From NCBI GenBank assembly GCA_048938895.1, contig JBHLLU010000002.1, forward strand, positions 1 to 64,000: 64,000 bases of DNA. The letters are read 5' to 3'. This document shows, piece after piece, positions 59,828 through 64,000 of the stretch (positions are counted from its first letter, which is position 1; every line of letters begins with the position of its first letter). The position numbers and the translations under genes are program-made. Below the pieces are notes generated by a model. The model was not told the origin of the DNA, did not search any database, and saw nothing but the letters and a program-made list of their open reading frames with translations. The stretch comes from Promethearchaeota archaeon (GTDB lineage Archaea > Asgardarchaeota > Lokiarchaeia > Sigyniarchaeales > SOKP01).

Positions 59828-61198
59828 CTGCTTCATTTCTATATCGCGCTGAGTTCTTACTTTAATGTTATGAGCCGCATCGATATGTATTAAATTGTCA
59901 GTAATAACCTCTTTCTTACCTAGCAAATAAGCAGGTTCCTCAACTAATAATTTATCATCTTTAGCAGCAATTTTTTTCACAATAACATCTGGAAATACAG
60001 GAGTTGCATAACAATAATGACAAAAAGCCCGCTCTTTTGTTAGGTTAAGAATTTCTATGAGTTCCTCATCAGAGACATTGCTTTCCACTTTAAGTTCAAG
60101 CTCATAATCATCTATCATTGGATGGCCATCTTCAATTCCGAATCCTGTAGTTAAATCAATATTCATTGTGGCATGAGTTTCTAATTTTTTAAGTTCAATT
60201 CCATTTAAACCAGCTAGTGTGGCAAATGTACTGGCAAAATCACCGCAAAAACCAGCTATACAAAGTGCAACAGGATGAAAAGATGTACCCCCACCACCTA
60301 AAATAATCGTTTCGTCAGTTTGAACTGTAATATCTCCCGCTCTTTCTGTTGGTAAAATGATTTCAAATTGAGGACCATATTGTACATTTAATCTCCAACG
60401 ACCTTCCGCTTCTATGACTCTTTTACAGAGTGATTTATTTTGTTTAAAGACCTCAATAGTGTCTCTATAGGCATTTAGATTAATTCGATTAAGTTGTTTA
60501 TAATATTTAGAATCTTCTTGATTTGTTTTAATATTAGTCGTTCCCTCATTCAGTAATGTAATCTTTGGAATGGTTGATGTTGATATGCAATAATAACAAA
60601 AACAACGTCGTTTTGTTATTTCTGAAATTTTTTGGAGATCTTCATAACTTGCATCGCTTTCAATAAATAACTCTATCTGATAATGGTCAACTATGGGTAT
60701 GTTTTTCTCTATACCCAATATAGTAGTGAAATCTAAATCACCTTTAACTCTAATCATCAATTGTTTTAATTCAATTCCTTCCATCGCTGCCCATTTTGCA
60801 TATGCTGCAGAATAACATCCACAAAATCCTGCCATACATAGTGAAATTGGATGCAAAGCAGTACCTCCGCCTCCAAATAATGTTAGTCCATCCGTTTGGA
60901 TCGTAATCTCTCCAGCTCTTTCTGTTTTTAATCTTACTTCAAATTGGGGGCCATAATCTAAATGTAGCTGCCAGATCCCCTTAACTTCTAATTTTTTCTT
61001 ACACAGTTCCCGATCCTTTATATATTCACTCACAACTTGTTTAAATCCATCTAAATCAATGCGATTCAAGAATATATGTTTTGGTTTGCCGTCATCGATA
61101 ACCTTTTCTTCAATTTTTTCGGCGAGTTTTTTCAAAGTATCGTTAAAATTTCCAAAATCCATTATAACCTTATATAAGCTATTTATATGTAATAACAA
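59822..61198 (-). CDS. Tandem two-domain OsmC-family protein
   Basis: Internal duplication: YGPQF..TERAG.IT.QTD...GGGGT..HP..LC.AGFCG, followed by FCYYC / FCHYC. Confidence 0.8.
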   Translation of the reverse strand: MLLHINSLYKVIMDFGNFNDTLKKLAEKIEEKVIDDGKPKHIFLNRIDLDGFKQVVSEYIKDRELCKKKLEVKGIWQLHLDYGPQFEVRLKTERAGEITIQTDGLTLFGGGGTALHPISLCMAGFCGCYSAAYAKWAAMEGIELKQLMIRVKGDLDFTTILGIEKNIPIVDHYQIELFIESDASYEDLQKISEITKRRCFCYYCISTSTIPKITLLNEGTTNIKTNQEDSKYYKQLNRINLNAYRDTIEVFKQNKSLCKRVIEAEGRWRLNVQYGPQFEIILPTERAGDITVQTDETIILGGGGTSFHPVALCIAGFCGDFASTFATLAGLNGIELKKLETHATMNIDLTTGFGIEDGHPMIDDYELELKVESNVSDEELIEILNLTKERAFCHYCYATPVFPDVIVKKIAAKDDKLLVEEPAYLLGKKEVITDNLIHIDAAHNIKVRTQRDIEMKQL

Positions 61199-61302
61199 AA
61201 ACTCAATCTAATAATTACATTCTATAAAAAAATCTATCTATTTCAATTTTTTGAAATGTATTGATTAGAATTATAAATAAAAAAAATAATAGAATAAGTT
61301 TT

Positions 61303-61701
61303 CTAAATATCACTCATTCTAAAATATAGATTTAATTTGTGTTGAAACTCATTAAAAAAATCAAGATCTCCATTCCATTTTGTAATATCATTAATACTAA
61401 ACATTTGTTCAAACATTTTACCAATAACAGAACACACTTTTTGAATCTTCTTTTTATTCACATCTAAAGGTGACCGGCATACAAGTACTATCTCATCTTT
61501 CATGCAATGAATGCAGGAATACTTATTATGTCCTATGTTGAATCCTTTTAACTCTCTGCCAGAAATTTCCTTGCTAAACGTCTTAATTGCAGAAATAAAA
61601 AATCCTAGGAAAGTTTTATCCACTTTTTCTTCTTTAGAAAAGTCAACGATCGGAACACCAGCTCTGGAAAAAACCCAAAGTTCATCAAGCATGGGAGACA
61701 T
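61303..61701 (-). CDS. Longin-like domain protein
   Basis: LWVFSRAGVPI, FLGFFISAIKTFSKEI, ..F...F....WNGD..FF..F pattern of Asgard longin domains. Confidence 0.75.
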   Translation of the reverse strand: MSPMLDELWVFSRAGVPIVDFSKEEKVDKTFLGFFISAIKTFSKEISGRELKGFNIGHNKYSCIHCMKDEIVLVCRSPLDVNKKKIQKVCSVIGKMFEQMFSINDITKWNGDLDFFNEFQHKLNLYFRMSDI

Positions 61702-61740
61702 AATTATTTTTCCTAATTTCTTGTATAAATTTTCAATTTA

Positions 61741-62076
61741 CTAATTTTTAGAAGAACCTAAAACAATTTCTTTATAAGTCTTATAACTTAGATTTACAAC
61801 GATTAAAACAAAAAACCCTCCAAAAACATATACAACAGCAACCATAATATTTGTAACCACAGTATTTTCGAGAGCAAGAAAGATTATATTAAATACATAG
61901 CCACACAAGAATAAGATGATTAACACTTGGATGATTATCCATTTTTTAATTAATCTAGTTGCAGGAAACAATTCTTTAATTTTAGAGACAATTAGAAGGC
62001 TTATAAAAAAAAAGACTATCCCTCCAATTGAACAAATCAAACTAAAATAGAAGTATGCATCTAATGCCATTATCAA
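61741..62076 (-). CDS. Three-TM membrane protein
   Basis: Three hydrophobic segments, lies between two longin genes. Confidence 0.7.
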   Translation of the reverse strand: MIMALDAYFYFSLICSIGGIVFFFISLLIVSKIKELFPATRLIKKWIIIQVLIILFLCGYVFNIIFLALENTVVTNIMVAVVYVFGGFFVLIVVNLSYKTYKEIVLGSSKN

Positions 62077-62178
62077 CCACTTATATTATTATAAATTTAG
62101 TAATTTTGTGTTATTTTATCAATTATTTGTTTTTAGAAATATAAAACTTTTTTCCTGTCTTCTTTAATATATTTTATT

Positions 62179-62583
62179 TTATTCGATAACATGTTTTATT
62201 TCCGAAAGGAACCTCTGTTCGCTATTGGAAAAGATTTTTCTGTCCCCTTTAAAATCTTCTATTAGAATTGTAGGATATATTTGAAAGAATCTTTCACATA
62301 TAAAATCTAATTCTTCATTAATTTTAGTTTCTTTAACATCCGGATCAGTACAAGCAAGAAAAATTAAATCATCCTTTTTTTTAATCGTAATTAATGTATT
62401 TCCCCATTCAATATTCGATAATTCACCATTAGCAATGTGTTTGGTTAAACTCTCAAAAGCGGTTAGGACTTGGCCAAAAAACTCAGAACAAAAGGCTTGA
62501 TCGTTAATACGTTCAAATACAATATTATTTTTTTTATCTAATATAGCAAGATTTTCAAAAAATTTTCCCAAATGAATCCCCAA
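62179..62583 (-). CDS. Longin-like domain protein
   Basis: LAILDKKNNIVFER, FFGQVLTAFESL...L.NIEWG......KK.DLIFLA, F.GD..IF. Confidence 0.7.
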   Translation of the reverse strand: MGIHLGKFFENLAILDKKNNIVFERINDQAFCSEFFGQVLTAFESLTKHIANGELSNIEWGNTLITIKKKDDLIFLACTDPDVKETKINEELDFICERFFQIYPTILIEDFKGDRKIFSNSEQRFLSEIKHVIE

Positions 62584-62831
62584 TTTTATTGTTAACCTTT
62601 AAAGATTATTAGTGAGTAAGTCCTTATTAAATAAATTTTTTTTCAGTTATTTTAATTTTAGCATATTGCATTGTCTTTCGTTGATAGTATAAATTATAAA
62701 ATTTACTCTAAAGTCAGCAATATAAGGAATGAGTGCTTACTTTAAAATAAATTAATTAAGGTTCATTTTGTTTATTAGTATAAACAATTTAATCTGAAGA
62801 AATTCTTAAAAAAACTCTAAGGTGAAATTAT

Positions 62832-63545
62832 ATTAGCTTTGATTGGTCAAAAGCAGAAGAAGAACCAGAAAGAATTTTTAAAGTTGAAGGAAAATACCTT
62901 TTAGATCTTCGTGCTAAAACAACAGATTTAGAAAAAAGTATTGTAAATTATAGAGAAAATACAAAAAAGGCAACTGAGGCATTAGAAGTGGCAAATGCAG
63001 AGCTGAATAATCTTAAAAAAAATGTTGATACGGCGAATTCAGAAAGCAAAGAATTGAAAGAAAATAATGTAAAATTAGTAGCTGATTTAAATGCACGTTT
63101 TGAAGAAGTAAAAGCATTGAAATTAAAAATAGCAGATGCAGAGAATAAAGTATCCCAATATGAAGAGTATAAAAATCAAGCTACTATTAAAAACAATGAG
63201 CTTGAGTCAAAAATTAACGATTTGAAGGCTAAAAATAGTGAGAAAGAGAAAGAAATTGAATCATTGAAAAAAGATTTAGATATCCTAAAGAGTGAAACTG
63301 AAAGTAAATTAACATCATTGAGAAATGAGTTATCTGAGAATAAAAGCAATAAGCAAAATCTTGAGAAAAAAATAGAAGACAATGAAGGGATCATATTAGA
63401 ATTGAAGAAAAGAAATAAAGAATTAGAAACCCAAATACTTCAAGCTATAAATATTCCCAAGCTATTAAAAGAGGTAAAAGAAGTTTTACAGCACAAAGGG
63501 TTCATCTCTGAGATGGAATTTGAAAATATAATGAAAAGATTATAA
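62832..63545 (+). CDS. Coiled-coil protein, probably initiated at a non-canonical ATT
   Basis: Frame is open from 62826; SD AAGGTGA (62819-25) 6 nt before ATT gives (M)SFDWSKAEEEPERIFKVEGKYLLDLR...; ORF track start is GTG 62988. Confidence 0.7.
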   Translation: MSFDWSKAEEEPERIFKVEGKYLLDLRAKTTDLEKSIVNYRENTKKATEALEVANAELNNLKKNVDTANSESKELKENNVKLVADLNARFEEVKALKLKIADAENKVSQYEEYKNQATIKNNELESKINDLKAKNSEKEKEIESLKKDLDILKSETESKLTSLRNELSENKSNKQNLEKKIEDNEGIILELKKRNKELETQILQAINIPKLLKEVKEVLQHKGFISEMEFENIMKRL

Positions 63546-63691
63546 CCTGATTTTACATACTTTTCTAAATTTATTTCTTACCTAACCAAGTTCTAAAGAA
63601 GAATTGGACTACTAATATTTTATTAGCTATAAAATTTATCTCTTAATTAAAACCAATATTATGAAAATTCTTGTAGTAATAGTTAGCAAAG

Positions 63692-63922
63692 TTGGTGATA
63701 ATTGTTAGCGATAATTCGAAAAATAAAGATTTGGAAGAAATACCAGAGATAAAAAAATATTTTTCAAGGATTTTTACCGTAATGCCTAAAGAAATTAGAG
63801 ATAGAATGAAGCATTTAGATATTCCTAAGGAAAAAAAGAAAATATTGAAAAATAAAGTAGCTTTTTTATCAAAAAAGAATCAAATTAAATATTTGGATGA
63901 AATGAAAAGATTATATGACTAA
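63692..63922 (+). CDS. Small basic hypothetical protein
   Basis: 76-aa ORF, K-rich helical; start uncertain. Confidence 0.55.
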   Translation: MVIIVSDNSKNKDLEEIPEIKKYFSRIFTVMPKEIRDRMKHLDIPKEKKKILKNKVAFLSKKNQIKYLDEMKRLYD

Positions 63923-64000
63923 CTTCTTATGAAAATTTACCTTTTCAACTATCTCTGAATTTTTTCTTTTTCCTTATAAAAATTTAAAGTATAACTAATA

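Noticed and set aside
62823-62825. In-frame TGA upstream of the coiled-coil ORF as possible Sec
   Set aside because: It is part of the AAGGTGA SD, with no redox motif context
5421-63394. Many 60-160 aa antisense or alternate-frame ORFs in the track (e.g. 5421-5837, 11294-11602, 12151-12633, 21386-21760, 29365-29733, 41258-41548)
   Set aside because: Contained within well-supported genes, with no motifs; typical shadow ORFs

Overview
AT-rich archaeal window whose gene content points to an Asgard archaeon of the Lokiarchaeia/Promethearchaeota type (inference from longin pair, HEAT+LRR protein, Loki/PGF-CTERM anchor, selenoprotein vhuU, AAGGTGA-type SD sites). It holds a split-large-subunit [NiFeSe] Vhu/Mvh hydrogenase-HdrCB operon, hyp maturation genes, a complete ccmABCDEF cluster, hisFH, two purF, an orphan fwdA, a tRNA-linked sulfur-relay cluster and a 9-PAS kinase next to a SIR2-TPR gene. 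Most notable observations: (1) the Ccm cluster has a truncated CcmE (ends ...TQCS*) and is flanked by three paralogous exported proteins with single-cysteine HxxCH/SxxCH motifs instead of CxxCH, a candidate non-canonical c-type cytochrome system; (2) an unannotated, apparently leaderless Leu/Val-rich leader peptide with mutually exclusive 1:2/2:3/3:4 helices, a candidate ribosome-mediated attenuator in an archaeon; (3) a tRNA-Cys(GCA) with a long type II variable arm; (4) an unannotated UGA-containing vhuU; (5) phased 17-bp operator arrays linking two Cys-tailed Lrp regulators to the ccm locus. No CRISPR, rRNA or mobile element seen. All calls are by eye, with no database search.
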